From: an uncultured Acidobacteriota bacterium
GTDB lineage: Bacteria; Acidobacteriota; Terriglobia; UBA7540
DNA: 64,000 bases
NCBI GenBank assembly: GCA_963831905.1
Contig: CAWHRX010000002.1
Location: 140,150 to 204,149 of the forward strand
Direction: 5' to 3'
The notes beneath the pieces are model-generated. The model saw only the letters and a program-made list of their open reading frames with translations, did no database searches and was not told the origin of the DNA. This document shows positions 41,515-51,383 of the stretch, in pieces. How positions within the stretch are numbered: the stretch's first letter is position 1; every line of letters starts with the position of its first letter. Position numbers and translations under genes: made by a program.

Positions 41515-42651
41515 CTACTGGTTGACGTGAACGACGGTGGCAGGCGGAAATCCGTTGAACCAGGTCGAAGAAGCATTGCTGTAGGCGCCGATGTTTTCCG
41601 AATAGACCAGATCATCGATTTGGAGGTCAGGCAATTGCTCGGATTGCGAGATGGTGTCCAGACCATCACAGGTTTGCCCGTAGACCGCGCAGACTTCGGT
41701 CGGGCCTTTTTTGAACGCCTTGAGATGATATTGGCAATGGTCAAAAATGATGCCGGAAAACGTGTGATAGACGCTGTCGTCAATGAAGTAGCAGAGCTTT
41801 CCATCGCGCACCGCTTTGCCCAGGATCCGGGCGACGAGGGTCGCGGCCGTGGCAACGAAAAATCTGCCCGGCTCCGCGAGGATTTGCATGTCTTGCGGGA
41901 ACAGTCTGTCGATCTCGGCGTTGATCATTCTGGCGAGCAGGCTGAAGGGCTTCACATGCCGATCGTAGGCGACGGGAAAGCCGCCCCCGATGTCGAGGAT
42001 CTTGATGGCATGGCCGCGCGTGTTCGCCTCTCGCAAAACCGCGGCTGCAATATTCAGAGCCTGAACGAAGTTCTCGAAGTTGGCGCACTGGCTGCCCACG
42101 TGAAAGCTCAGTCCCTCGACCTCCAATCCCATTTCGAAGGCAGCGCAGATCAGGTCCACCGCTTCTCCCGCGTCACAGCCGAATTTGGACGACAACTCCA
42201 CCATTGACCCGGTGTTGGGAACTCGCAAGCGAAGCACAACGCCCGCGTGTGGGGCGTATTGTTTGATTTTCAGCAGCTCGTTGCGGTTGTCATAGGTGAC
42301 GAGGGGCTTGTAGCGGTCAAGCGCCTGGAGGGTCTCCTTGGGTTTAGTCGGATTGGCGAAAATGATTTTGTCCCAGATAAAGTCTTGCTGTTCCTTGGGG
42401 GGAAGGTGTTTTATGTTTTCATAAACCAGCATGAACTCCGGAAGCGAGGCGACGTCGAAACTGGCCCCCGCGTCGAACAAAGTGCGCACTATCTCCCGCG
42501 CCGGATTCGCTTTTACAGCGTAATACGCCTGAACTCGAGGAAGGCGCCTCTTGTATTTGGCATAGTTGCGGCGGATGATCTCGTGATCGATCACCACCAC
42601 GGGCGTCCCGTGCTGCGCGGCGATTGCTTGAAGCTGGCGGGTTGTAGCCAT
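41515..42651 (-). CDS. PLP-dependent Orn/Lys/Arg decarboxylase (group IV, ODC-like)
   Basis: ATG 42651. It has YAVKAN (PLP lysine), GGGFP and a conserved Cys in the C-terminal beta-barrel region. Confidence 0.8.
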   Translation of the reverse strand: MATTRQLQAIAAQHGTPVVVIDHEIIRRNYAKYKRRLPRVQAYYAVKANPAREIVRTLFDAGASFDVASLPEFMLVYENIKHLPPKEQQDFIWDKIIFANPTKPKETLQALDRYKPLVTYDNRNELLKIKQYAPHAGVVLRLRVPNTGSMVELSSKFGCDAGEAVDLICAAFEMGLEVEGLSFHVGSQCANFENFVQALNIAAAVLREANTRGHAIKILDIGGGFPVAYDRHVKPFSLLARMINAEIDRLFPQDMQILAEPGRFFVATAATLVARILGKAVRDGKLCYFIDDSVYHTFSGIIFDHCQYHLKAFKKGPTEVCAVYGQTCDGLDTISQSEQLPDLQIDDLVYSENIGAYSNASSTWFNGFPPATVVHVNQ

Positions 42652-42719
42652 AAGCGCCTCTCTTCGTCCAGCACCTGTAGGGCCCAGCAACGCTGGGCTT
42701 GGCCGAACGCTGTTCGGCC

Positions 42720-44036
42720 CTACTCGTCAACGACGGGATCCGTGCCGTCGAGCATTTTCACTTTGTTGTGCGTGAAGTATTCTTTGGTCAGCGCCTTCAT
42801 CATCTGACCGCGCTGGTCGTAAAGCCTTCGCAATTCCCGCCGTGGGTGCCTGGCAAGCGCATAATGCGTGAGGATCGGCATGGCGATGGTCGTATCCGTG
42901 TAGCAAACCACCGCATCGGGCAGGCGGTCGGGATCCACTTTGCCCCAGCTTACCGCTTCGCTGGGAGTAGCTCCGCTCAGTCCGCCCGTGTCCGGACGCG
43001 CATCGGTGACCTGCAAGAAATAATCCATCCCAAACTCCTTGATGCGCAGCACCTCCTGAATCTGAGGTTCCGTCTGGAGCATGAAGTTTTTGGGGCTGCC
43101 TCCGCCCCATAGAACTACGGCGCTCTTGCCTCCGGACCGTTTCGCAGCAAGAACGTAAGCGGTTGACTCATTCACGTCGATCGACGGATTCACACGCAGC
43201 TTATTGCCGCGCAATTCTACGCCGGCCACGTTCATCCCAATGGTTGAGTCGCCGGGCGACGAGGTGAAGCAGGGCACGCCGGCGCGATAGGCAGCGGCCA
43301 ATACGGAAACGTCCTTGAGGCCCGCCTTGCGCTCCCACTCGGCGGCATACTTGCCCAGCAGATGGTGCAGTTCGCCGGTGCCCATTTCCTTCTGGAATTC
43401 GGGTTGAGTAAGAATGTTGCGCAGAATTTCATCCGTCGCCATCAGGCAATCGCTGTAACCGAGCAGAACGTCGTACACGCGCACGATATCGTTGTCGCGC
43501 AACTCCGTGTCGTCCATGGTGAAGTTTCCTGCACGCACTGGATAGTTCAAGGCAAAATGCATGTCGTGATATAAATTGGCGCCGGTCGAGACAATCCAGT
43601 CCACAAATCCGGCTTTGATCAGGGGAACGATGCAAGAGCACCCCAACCCGGCCGGTGTGAGCGCCCCCGATAGCGTCATGCCGATCGTGACGTCCGGCTC
43701 CAGCATCCTTTCCACGAACAGCTTGCAACCCTCTTTGAGGCGGGCCGAGTTGTAGGCAAGAAACACCTCGTCCACGATGTCAGGAAGCTTCTCTTTGCCG
43801 GTCAGATTCTTGGGGAGAATGCGCTTTCCGGCGAGGAAGCGGTCGCGGTTCGGGCACTTCTTCTTTTTCATCCAATCGGGCATTTCCGACATGTCTTCGC
43901 GATAACGATGGTGTGACTTTTGGGCTTTAGCCATGATCTGATCGAATTCCTCCATTGAATATAGCGCGACTTTCGGCCGCGGCCACAAGGGCTTCTCCGT
44001 GGACTCTGTGCCTGTAGAAGCACCAACACAGAGCAT
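42720..44036 (-). CDS. deoxyhypusine synthase-like protein (possible homospermidine-type aminobutyl transferase)
   Basis: It has [26 protein letters not shown] and WGGGSPKNF, typical of the DHS family. The start is uncertain (44036, 43955 or 43934). Confidence 0.7.
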   Translation of the reverse strand: MLCVGASTGTESTEKPLWPRPKVALYSMEEFDQIMAKAQKSHHRYREDMSEMPDWMKKKKCPNRDRFLAGKRILPKNLTGKEKLPDIVDEVFLAYNSARLKEGCKLFVERMLEPDVTIGMTLSGALTPAGLGCSCIVPLIKAGFVDWIVSTGANLYHDMHFALNYPVRAGNFTMDDTELRDNDIVRVYDVLLGYSDCLMATDEILRNILTQPEFQKEMGTGELHHLLGKYAAEWERKAGLKDVSVLAAAYRAGVPCFTSSPGDSTIGMNVAGVELRGNKLRVNPSIDVNESTAYVLAAKRSGGKSAVVLWGGGSPKNFMLQTEPQIQEVLRIKEFGMDYFLQVTDARPDTGGLSGATPSEAVSWGKVDPDRLPDAVVCYTDTTIAMPILTHYALARHPRRELRRLYDQRGQMMKALTKEYFTHNKVKMLDGTDPVVDE

Positions 44037-44257
44037 ACGGAGACGCTCAGTGTGCTCTGTGTTTTATCTTTCGTTTGGCACAAAGAGAACGGAGACAAAT
44101 CTTCGCGGCTCGCGACGAAACTCCGTATTTGTAACACAACGAAACGCTCGAATTGAATTTGGGCATCGAGTCCATTAGACTAGCACAGCGAGCCGACCGG
44201 GGAAAAGCGTGCAACGCGATTCGGCAGGAACTGGTAGCGAACTCCAGCGGGAAAGTA

Positions 44258-45331
44258 ATGAATAATTCAAAAAACACGCCGTCTGCAAAGGGCTTCTCGA
44301 TGCCCGCGGAGTGGGAGCGACACGAAGCGACGTGGCTCGCTTGGCCTCATAATCCCACCGACTGGCCGGACAAGCTCGATACGATTTGCTGGGTCTACGG
44401 CGAAATCGTGCGCAAAATTTCGCCCGGTGAGCGCATCAGGATGCTGGTCAATTCAGCGGCTGCCGAGAAGACCGCGCAGCGCTACCTGAAGCGCGCCGGA
44501 ACTGACCCGACGCGTGTCGAGTTCATCAGGCACCCAACCAATCGCGGCTGGATGCGGGACAGCGGGCCCATCTTTGTTCGGCGCCAGCGGAAACGAAGTA
44601 TCGAAACCGCCATCGTGCATTTCCATTTCAACGCCTGGGCCAAGTATTCCGACTGGAAGAAAGATCGACAGGTGCCTGAAGTTGCGGCCAGACACCTCTC
44701 CAAGCGTCTCTTCGACGCGCAGATCGGCAACCGTAGTTTCGTCCTCGAAGGGGGTGGAATCGAAGTCAATGGGCGCGGGACCTTGTTGACGACTGAAGAG
44801 TGCTATTTGCAATCGGAAATCCAGGTCAGGAATCCTGGCTTGGACCGGAAAGGCTTTGAAAAAGCACTCGACGATTATCTCGGTGCGACCAACGTCTTCT
44901 GGCTTGCGGGTGGCGTCGCCGGGGATGATACCCACGGCCACGTTGATGACATCTGCCGTTTCGTCGATCGAAAGACCCTTGTCCTCATTAAGGAGGAGAA
45001 TGCCGCGGACGTTAATTATGGCTCGCTCGCGGAAAACTGGGACCTCATTCAGGATCTGCGACTTGAGGATGGTTCCAGGCCGGAGGTCATCGCGCTGCCT
45101 ATGCCCGGCCCGATCTATTTCGACGGTGACAGACTCCCGGCGAGTTATGCAAATTTCTATATCGCCAATCAGGCTGTGCTGGTGCCCACCTTCAACGATC
45201 CCAAAGACCGCCTGGCGCTTGGACTCCTTGGCGAACTATTCAAGGATCGTACCGTAGTGGGTGTCCATGCCGTTGATTTGGTGCTGGGTTTCGGGACGCT
45301 GCATTGCCTGACACAGCAACAGCCCGCTTGA
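44258..45331 (+). CDS. aguA: agmatine deiminase
   Basis: ATG 44258. It has MPAEWERHEATWLAWPH near the start and GTLHCLTQQQP (catalytic Cys) at the end. Confidence 0.85.
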   Translation: MNNSKNTPSAKGFSMPAEWERHEATWLAWPHNPTDWPDKLDTICWVYGEIVRKISPGERIRMLVNSAAAEKTAQRYLKRAGTDPTRVEFIRHPTNRGWMRDSGPIFVRRQRKRSIETAIVHFHFNAWAKYSDWKKDRQVPEVAARHLSKRLFDAQIGNRSFVLEGGGIEVNGRGTLLTTEECYLQSEIQVRNPGLDRKGFEKALDDYLGATNVFWLAGGVAGDDTHGHVDDICRFVDRKTLVLIKEENAADVNYGSLAENWDLIQDLRLEDGSRPEVIALPMPGPIYFDGDRLPASYANFYIANQAVLVPTFNDPKDRLALGLLGELFKDRTVVGVHAVDLVLGFGTLHCLTQQQPA

Positions 45332-45455
45332 GCGCTAGGCGAGGTGTGGCGCGGGGCAGGCTTGGACCCTAAGCGCGGCAGCAACGGCCCTGAATCTGAT
45401 CAAGGTGTGTGTCTTTGAGCCCTCTCTTCTGAGACCCGTTCCACTCGTCCGGCGG

Positions 45456-48356
45456 CTAGGAGCTGCCGGCGGTTGACCCGCAATTCATGCAGCGATACGA
45501 GGTGCCGTTGCGCGGCATGATAGCGCCGCACTCGGAGCAACAGAGAGCGTCGTCGGACAACTCCACACCCGCAAGGCTGGGCTGTATGGAACCATCAGGA
45601 TATACCGTGGCGCGCTCCCCAGTCGAGGGCGTGAACTGCGTGGCCAGCCCGTTGGCCTCCTCGGTGGGCTGGGCGTGGCCCGAGAGGAACTTGATCGCCA
45701 GCCAGCGGAAGATGTAGTCCATCACCGACTTCGCCATGCGGATGTCGGGATTGGGTGTCCAGCCGCTGGGCTCGAAACGAGAATGGCTGAACTTGTCACA
45801 GAGCACTTTGAGCGGCACGCCGTACTGGAGTGCCAGTGAGACGGCGGTGGCGAAGGAATCCATCAGACCCGAAACCGTCGAGCCTTCCTTCGCCATGGTT
45901 ATGAAAATCTCGCCCGGAAGCCCCTCTTCGTACAAGCCCACCGTGAGATAGCCTTCGTGGGCGCCGATCGAAAACTTGTGGGTGATGGCGCGGCGTTCAT
46001 CGGCCAGCTTCCGGCGGTAAGGCTTAGCAGGGGCTAGGGGCTGGGGAGCGCGGGCTTCCAGCCCGCCTGCGGCCAAGATGGCCGCGCTCCCAGGTGCTGG
46101 GGCTTCTGAATCCTGAATCCTGGATCCTGACTCCTGTTTTTTCGTGTTGAGCGGTTGGGTGCGCTTCGACCCGTCGCGGTAGATCGCGATGGCCTTCAAC
46201 CCCAGGCGCCACGCCTCGATGTAAGCGTTAGCAACGTCCTCGACCGTCGCTTCTTCCGGCATGTTGACGGTCTTGGAAATCGCGCCGGAGAGGAACGGCT
46301 GCACCGCCGCCATCATGCGCACGTGGCCCATATAAGGGATGGCGCGCTTTCCGTTCGCTGGCTTAAGCGAGCAATCGAAAACCGGTAGGTGTTCCGGCTT
46401 CAAGTGGGGGGCGCCTTCGATGGTGCTTTGCTGGTCGATGTAGTTGACGATCTCCGCGGCCTGCTCCTCACTGTAGCCCAGCTTGAGCAGCGCCGTGGGC
46501 ACGACATTGTTCACGAGCTTGATCACCCCTCCGCCCACCAGCTTCTTGTATTTCACCAGTGCCAGGTCGGGCTCGACGCCGGTGGTGTCGCAATCCATCA
46601 TGAAGCCGATCGTGCCCGTGGGCGCAAGCACCGTGACCTGCGCGTTGCGGTAGCCATACTTCATGCCGCTGGCCAGGCAATCGTCCCAGGCTTGCTTCGC
46701 CGCGTCCCAGAGGCTGGGCGGCACGTAGCGCGGGTTGATGTTCTCAAGCGACTGGCGGTGCATGGAAATAACGCCCAGGAAGGGATCGCGGTTGACGGCG
46801 TAGCCGGCGAAGGGGCCAATCTCCTCCGCGATACGCGACGATTGGAGATAGGCTTCGCCGTGCATCACCGCGGTAATGGCAGCAGCCGCGTCGCGCCCCG
46901 CGTCGGAATCATAGGGAAGGCCGCTGGCCATCAGCACCGCGCCGAGGTTGGCATAACCCAAGCCCAGCGGGCGGAAATCGTGGGAGTTGCGCGCGATTTT
47001 CGCCGTAGGATAACTCGCGTTGTCGATCAGAATTTCCTGCGCGGTGATCATTACGTCCACGGCGTGCCGGAAGCCCTCGGTGTCGAACTTGCCGTCGGGC
47101 GCGAGGAACTTCATCAGGTTAAGGGACGCCAGGTTGCATGCTGAATCATCCAGGAACATGTACTCGCTGCAGGGGTTCGAGGCGTTGATGGGCGCGGTAG
47201 CTTTCGAAGTGTGCCACTTGTTGACCGTGGTGTGGAATTGCACGCCCGGGTCGCCGCACTGCCAAGCGGCTTCCGCGATTTTCTTCATCAGGTCGCGTGC
47301 GCGATGGGACGTGTCGGGCTCGCCCGTGGTGATCCGGTGTGTGACCCAATCCTTATCCTCGATGACGGCCCTCATGAAATCGTCGGTGACGCGCACGCTG
47401 TTGTTGGCGTTCTGGAAAAAGATGGAGCTATACGCCTCTCCTCCCAGCGATGGGTCATAGCCGGCATCCACCAGCGCCCATGCCTTGCGCTCTTCCTTGA
47501 CCTTGCACTGGATGAACTCCTCGATGTCGGGGTGATCGATGTTGAGGATCACCATTTTGGCGGCGCGTCGCAATTTGCCGCCCGATCTGATCACCCCCGC
47601 AAACGCGTCGTAGCCTTTCATAAACGAAAGGGGACCGGAGGCCATGCCGCCGCCTGACAGCGACTCGGCCGAGGAACGGAGGGCCGAGAAATTCGTACCG
47701 CTGCCCGAGCCATACCGGAAGAGCATCCCCTCGGTTTTCGCCAGCTCGAGAATGCTTTCGAGGTTATCCTGGACGGAGTTGATAAAGCAGGCCGAGCACT
47801 GCGGATGCCGGTAGGCTTCAGTCTCCTTTTTGATCTCGCGCGCGGCGGGGTCCCAATAGAACGCTCCTCCCGCACCGCTGCGGCGGTACTTGTGCCACAA
47901 CCCGCAATTAAACCAAACCGGAGAATTGAACGAAGCTTTCTGGCGAACCAGCAGGTGGAGCAACTCGTCGTGGAACGCCCGGGCGTCTTCTTCGCTGCGA
48001 AAGTATCCGTCATCGACGCCCCACTGGGCGATGGTGTCCGCCACGCGGCTGAGGAGCTGCTTGAGGCTCGACTCGCGCTCGGCCGTTCCCAACTTGCCGT
48101 GAAAATACTTGGAGGCCACGATGTTCGTAGCGGTCTGCGACCAGTCTCTCGGCACTTCCACGTTGCGCTGCTCGAAGATTACCTTGCCTTTTTCGTTCTG
48201 AATGGTGGTGGTCCGCAATTCCCACTCGATTTCGTCGAAGGGATGAAAGCCGGGTTTGGTAAAAAGGCGTTTGATCCTCAAGCCGTGTTCAACCTGCGTT
48301 TGCATCTCGGAAGTAGCAGATTCTGAGGCTGTGGAGACAGCCCGCTCTTCAGACAT
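45456..48356 (-). CDS. nrdJ: class II (adenosylcobalamin-dependent) ribonucleotide reductase
   Basis: 966 aa. It has NPCSEYMFLDDSACNLASLNL and a C-terminal Cys-rich tail (CCSECG...CMNCG). Confidence 0.85.
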   Translation of the reverse strand: MSEERAVSTASESATSEMQTQVEHGLRIKRLFTKPGFHPFDEIEWELRTTTIQNEKGKVIFEQRNVEVPRDWSQTATNIVASKYFHGKLGTAERESSLKQLLSRVADTIAQWGVDDGYFRSEEDARAFHDELLHLLVRQKASFNSPVWFNCGLWHKYRRSGAGGAFYWDPAAREIKKETEAYRHPQCSACFINSVQDNLESILELAKTEGMLFRYGSGSGTNFSALRSSAESLSGGGMASGPLSFMKGYDAFAGVIRSGGKLRRAAKMVILNIDHPDIEEFIQCKVKEERKAWALVDAGYDPSLGGEAYSSIFFQNANNSVRVTDDFMRAVIEDKDWVTHRITTGEPDTSHRARDLMKKIAEAAWQCGDPGVQFHTTVNKWHTSKATAPINASNPCSEYMFLDDSACNLASLNLMKFLAPDGKFDTEGFRHAVDVMITAQEILIDNASYPTAKIARNSHDFRPLGLGYANLGAVLMASGLPYDSDAGRDAAAAITAVMHGEAYLQSSRIAEEIGPFAGYAVNRDPFLGVISMHRQSLENINPRYVPPSLWDAAKQAWDDCLASGMKYGYRNAQVTVLAPTGTIGFMMDCDTTGVEPDLALVKYKKLVGGGVIKLVNNVVPTALLKLGYSEEQAAEIVNYIDQQSTIEGAPHLKPEHLPVFDCSLKPANGKRAIPYMGHVRMMAAVQPFLSGAISKTVNMPEEATVEDVANAYIEAWRLGLKAIAIYRDGSKRTQPLNTKKQESGSRIQDSEAPAPGSAAILAAGGLEARAPQPLAPAKPYRRKLADERRAITHKFSIGAHEGYLTVGLYEEGLPGEIFITMAKEGSTVSGLMDSFATAVSLALQYGVPLKVLCDKFSHSRFEPSGWTPNPDIRMAKSVMDYIFRWLAIKFLSGHAQPTEEANGLATQFTPSTGERATVYPDGSIQPSLAGVELSDDALCCSECGAIMPRNGTSYRCMNCGSTAGSS
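46044..46136. repeat. palindrome plus heptamer tract embedded in-frame in nrdJ
   Basis: The 10-bp inverted repeat is GGGAGCGCGG (46044..46053) and CCGCGCTCCC (46082..46091). CTGAATC CTGAATC CTGGATC CTGACTC follows at 46106..46133. Confidence 0.8.
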
Positions 48357-48500
48357 TTTGATCCTCCACGGGGTCAGTCGCGCCGTTGGCTATTGGATTC
48401 CTGTGCTGAAACAAGAATTTGGCGACACCGCGCAACGAGTGCTCAACTCCGGTCGGCTTGCCTCCTCGAGGCAGGTCCGGCTCTGGACAAGCTGTAGGGG

Positions 48501-48529
48501 AACTTATCTCTAGGCTGGGCCTTTGTCAA
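48501..48529 (-). promoter_or_regulatory. candidate promoter for nrdJ
   Basis: Minus strand reads TTGACA (48529..48524), a 17-nt spacer, then TAAGTT (48506..48501). The implied 5' UTR is about 140 nt. Confidence 0.35.
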
Positions 48530-48647
48530 GCCTTAAAGTGCAACCTATAGGGGTATTCGGCAACGCGGGCCCTACAGATCGTATATCCTCTGAAGCGAGG
48601 GAGCGCCGCTTTCAAACTCAAGCCCCGCGGTCGAAAGCAGGGCAGCG

Positions 48648-49703
48648 TTACAAATCTTCCCCGACGCAACGGAAACCGACGTTGACGCACCCGATGTCCT
48701 GACTATTATCTCCGCGCCGCCTCGATACGCGAATGTAGGGAGGAGGAAATTCCCAAGCCCCGCCCCGCGTAACATGGCATTGGCCCCGAGACGGCCCCTG
48801 AGGATCTTGCGTTGGGCTTTTCTCGTAGTAATTCACTTCGTACCAGTCGTTTACCCACTCCAACACATTTCCCAACATGTCGTATAGCCCGAAACTATTG
48901 GCGCGCTTCTCTGCTACATCGTGCGTTTGGTCCAAGCTGTTTTGCCGGTACCATGCGATCTCGTCAATCAGCCCATACAGTGGCTCCGTGCTGCCGCCTC
49001 GCGCTGCGTACTCCCACTCTGCTTCCGTGGGCAGCCGCCCGCCCATCCATTCGCAGTAGTCGCGGGCATTCTCCCAGCTCACCATAACAATCGGCATTTC
49101 CTCATGGATCCAACTACTGTTTGAACTGGGAGCACGAGGAATCTGGAGTTTTGTTGCCTGAGTAAAGCGCTTGTAGGCACCCACCGTAACCGGCGTCTGG
49201 CCAATCCAAAAGCCCCTGGTAATCGTCACTTGGTGCGCCGGTTTTTCATTGTCGAAGCACGCATCGTCCTCTGGGGAGCAGCCCATCATAGAATTACCCG
49301 GCGGTATCCAAACGTACATCAAGCCGTCCTCCGAGTTCCTACGCGTCTCAACCGGAGACGGCGGCGCATTGCTCTCCAGCAGGACTTCGATTCTGGTTTC
49401 CTGCCCCGCTACAATCGTTACGTTTTGCCGCGACTCTCTCTTTCCTGCCAGGGAAACCCTCAGTGCGTGCTCGCGAGGTTGGGGATTGTCGATCACCAAA
49501 CGCCCCTCTGAGCTCGCTTTGCCTCTAAAGATGTCGTCTAGGTAGACCTCGGCGCTGGAAGATGTCTGGATGACGAGTTGCGCAGGCTTGGCAGCCTCCG
49601 CCTTCAATCGTACCACCCAGGGATGAAGTTGCCCATTCGCCAACAAGCTTATGAGGAAGATCAAACTGCAAAACAGGAATCGACGTGGGACGTGGGCTAA
49701 CAT
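48648..49703 (-). CDS. secreted FGE-sulfatase (SUMF1/PvdO-like) domain protein with PEGA-like N-terminal domain
   Basis: ATG 49703. It has TEAEWEYAARGG, NVLEWVNDW, RGGAW and GFRCV motifs. Confidence 0.75.
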   Translation of the reverse strand: MLAHVPRRFLFCSLIFLISLLANGQLHPWVVRLKAEAAKPAQLVIQTSSSAEVYLDDIFRGKASSEGRLVIDNPQPREHALRVSLAGKRESRQNVTIVAGQETRIEVLLESNAPPSPVETRRNSEDGLMYVWIPPGNSMMGCSPEDDACFDNEKPAHQVTITRGFWIGQTPVTVGAYKRFTQATKLQIPRAPSSNSSWIHEEMPIVMVSWENARDYCEWMGGRLPTEAEWEYAARGGSTEPLYGLIDEIAWYRQNSLDQTHDVAEKRANSFGLYDMLGNVLEWVNDWYEVNYYEKSPTQDPQGPSRGQCHVTRGGAWEFPPPYIRVSRRRGDNSQDIGCVNVGFRCVGEDL

Positions 49704-49893
49704 ATCGGGACTCCTTGAGCGGGGTAATCCCAACACGCGAATTATAGCACTCTTGAACCAAGCCGGACGCCCGCGAAGCGCGTGGCTGTCCCGGACTTCC
49801 GCCTCGTGAAGTCCGCCATCCCGACGGGACCAGCGGGCGAGTCAGAGGCACAGCATCTCGCCAGGAATTAGGTGCCCACTGACTGGAGGTGAG

Positions 49894-50526
49894 TCATTCC
49901 TGCCATACGGCACTTTCGCGCGACAGGAAGTCAACGAGCAGTTGCGACCAGGTCTCCAGCGTGTCGCGCATGGAGATGAGCTCCGGAAGAGTGCGGAAGC
50001 TGAGCTTGCCGATGCCCCGCTCGCCTCGTATGGCGACGCTCGGTTTGGCCAGTTCCATGGCAAAAACCACACCGAAGTGCACCTTTCCCACGTCGTTGGA
50101 ATCATCGTTGACAAAGCAGATGAGTCTGGGCTCCTGGGCGTTCACTCCCTCGATTTGGACCTCTTCGCTGACCTCTCGCCGGACGGCTTTAAGAACGAAG
50201 TCTTTCCAGGCCGCCTCCTGGGTGCCGAATAGAGTTGGCTGAATTTGGTCATCCACGTTGACGTGCCCCCCGATGCCGATCGAATACAAGGCTTTGAGGC
50301 GGGTCTCGGTGGTCTTGGGTGTGCGTTGATAGCTCAGGAAGGTCTGTTCATGATTGATGAGGACGTAAACGACAAGCTGTTTGGTGTCGTAGTCGTGTTC
50401 CGCGACGGATCGCGCCTTGGGTTCGAGGTGGGCCAGGATCTGGCGCCAGAGACCCTCGTCGTAGAACGTCTTGGCGGGATAAGCCCGCAGGATTTCCCGT
50501 TTGAAGCAGAGTATTTGCTCTTCCAC
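49894..50526 (-). CDS. hypothetical protein, Nudix-fold-like
   Basis: Partial Nudix-box resemblance (GIGGH...AVRREVSEEVQIEG). No other recognisable motif. Confidence 0.35.
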   Translation of the reverse strand: MEEQILCFKREILRAYPAKTFYDEGLWRQILAHLEPKARSVAEHDYDTKQLVVYVLINHEQTFLSYQRTPKTTETRLKALYSIGIGGHVNVDDQIQPTLFGTQEAAWKDFVLKAVRREVSEEVQIEGVNAQEPRLICFVNDDSNDVGKVHFGVVFAMELAKPSVAIRGERGIGKLSFRTLPELISMRDTLETWSQLLVDFLSRESAVWQE

Positions 50527-50752
50527 TCGTTACCCCCCTGGGCGTGTGGCCCATGCTTTCCGACTGTTTCATTTTACAGACCCGCGATGATACCACCGGC
50601 CCAGCCTCACCCGCCCGAGTTTTTCTCCCCCGGGAAGGGAGACAGTCCACACCACCCGTGTCGGCCAGAGCTTGGAGGGGCGAAGAAAGTTCGCGACTGG
50701 AAAATCGCACCTGGGGTTAAGCTCTCAACCTGTTGTTGAAAAGTACTTAGCT

Positions 50753-50829
50753 TGGTGGAGGCGGGGGGAGTCGAACCAACCGCCCAGCCGTTTACGTAAC
50801 TCTTTGATACGACAGAGTGCTACGCCTAC
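50753..50829 (-). pseudogene. decayed tRNA(Ala)/tmRNA-like 3' end remnant
   Basis: The minus strand ends GGTTCGACTCCCCCCGCCTCCACCA. The 5' GTAGGCG pairs 6/7 with the 3' acceptor strand. The T stem has 2 mismatches and the D and anticodon arms are non-canonical. Confidence 0.5.
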
Positions 50830-51086
50830 TGAGTTGGGCATCCGGGAGTTTTGGCGTTTTAACTGATAACAAACAGAATGTCTTGGATTTACTCATTTTG
50901 AAACACGCCGGCTGTAGCCCGCGTGTTTGGTAAGCTCAGCGTCCAGTTTCCTGCCACGCCCTGGCCCAGGATGGGCAGCCAGGCGGCCGCATTGTCGCGT
51001 CGCGAACAATCTCGCCGAGGTCTTCGGTCCCGACGAGATCCAGTTCTGCGAAATTCAGCCCGCCGGACCTGAAGTCTCGGCCCTAG

Positions 51087-51383
51087 TCAGCGCTTTATTG
51101 GAGGGTTGCTTCGACAACAAGTTCGAAATCCGATTCAGAACTCACCGTCCTTTCGGGCGGGCAGTTCGTCTTAGTCAACGAAGCCGTGAACCTAGGCATC
51201 GCCATCTACAACATTCGCCAGGGCGAGGGCATTCGATACGAGACACTATTCCGGGACGAAACGGTGGGAGCTCTGGATGCCGCCAATGCCAAGGAATACG
51301 TGCGCATGCTGCGTCGGGCGGTGAATTTAGGTGGATTCCGTCAAGTAATCTTTATCTGCCACGCGCTGCTCGTTTGGGAATAG
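51087..51383 (+). pseudogene. C-terminal fragment of an SMC/SbcC/ABC-type ATPase
   Basis: Only about 98 codons remain: LSGGQ signature, Walker B-like TLFRDETVGALD and an H-loop-like ICH. There is no upstream Walker A and the fragment follows an in-frame stop. Confidence 0.6.

Noticed and set aside
48357-48500. Cobalamin riboswitch or NrdR box in the nrdJ 5' UTR
   Set aside because: I could not identify a B12-box or a pair of NrdR palindromes by eye. B12 riboswitches normally control B12-independent RNRs, not nrdJ. Only a candidate promoter is reported.
50753-50829. Functional tRNA-Ala gene
   Set aside because: The T stem has two mismatches. There is no GG in a D loop and no 5-bp/7-nt anticodon arm can be drawn. 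It is reported as a remnant only.
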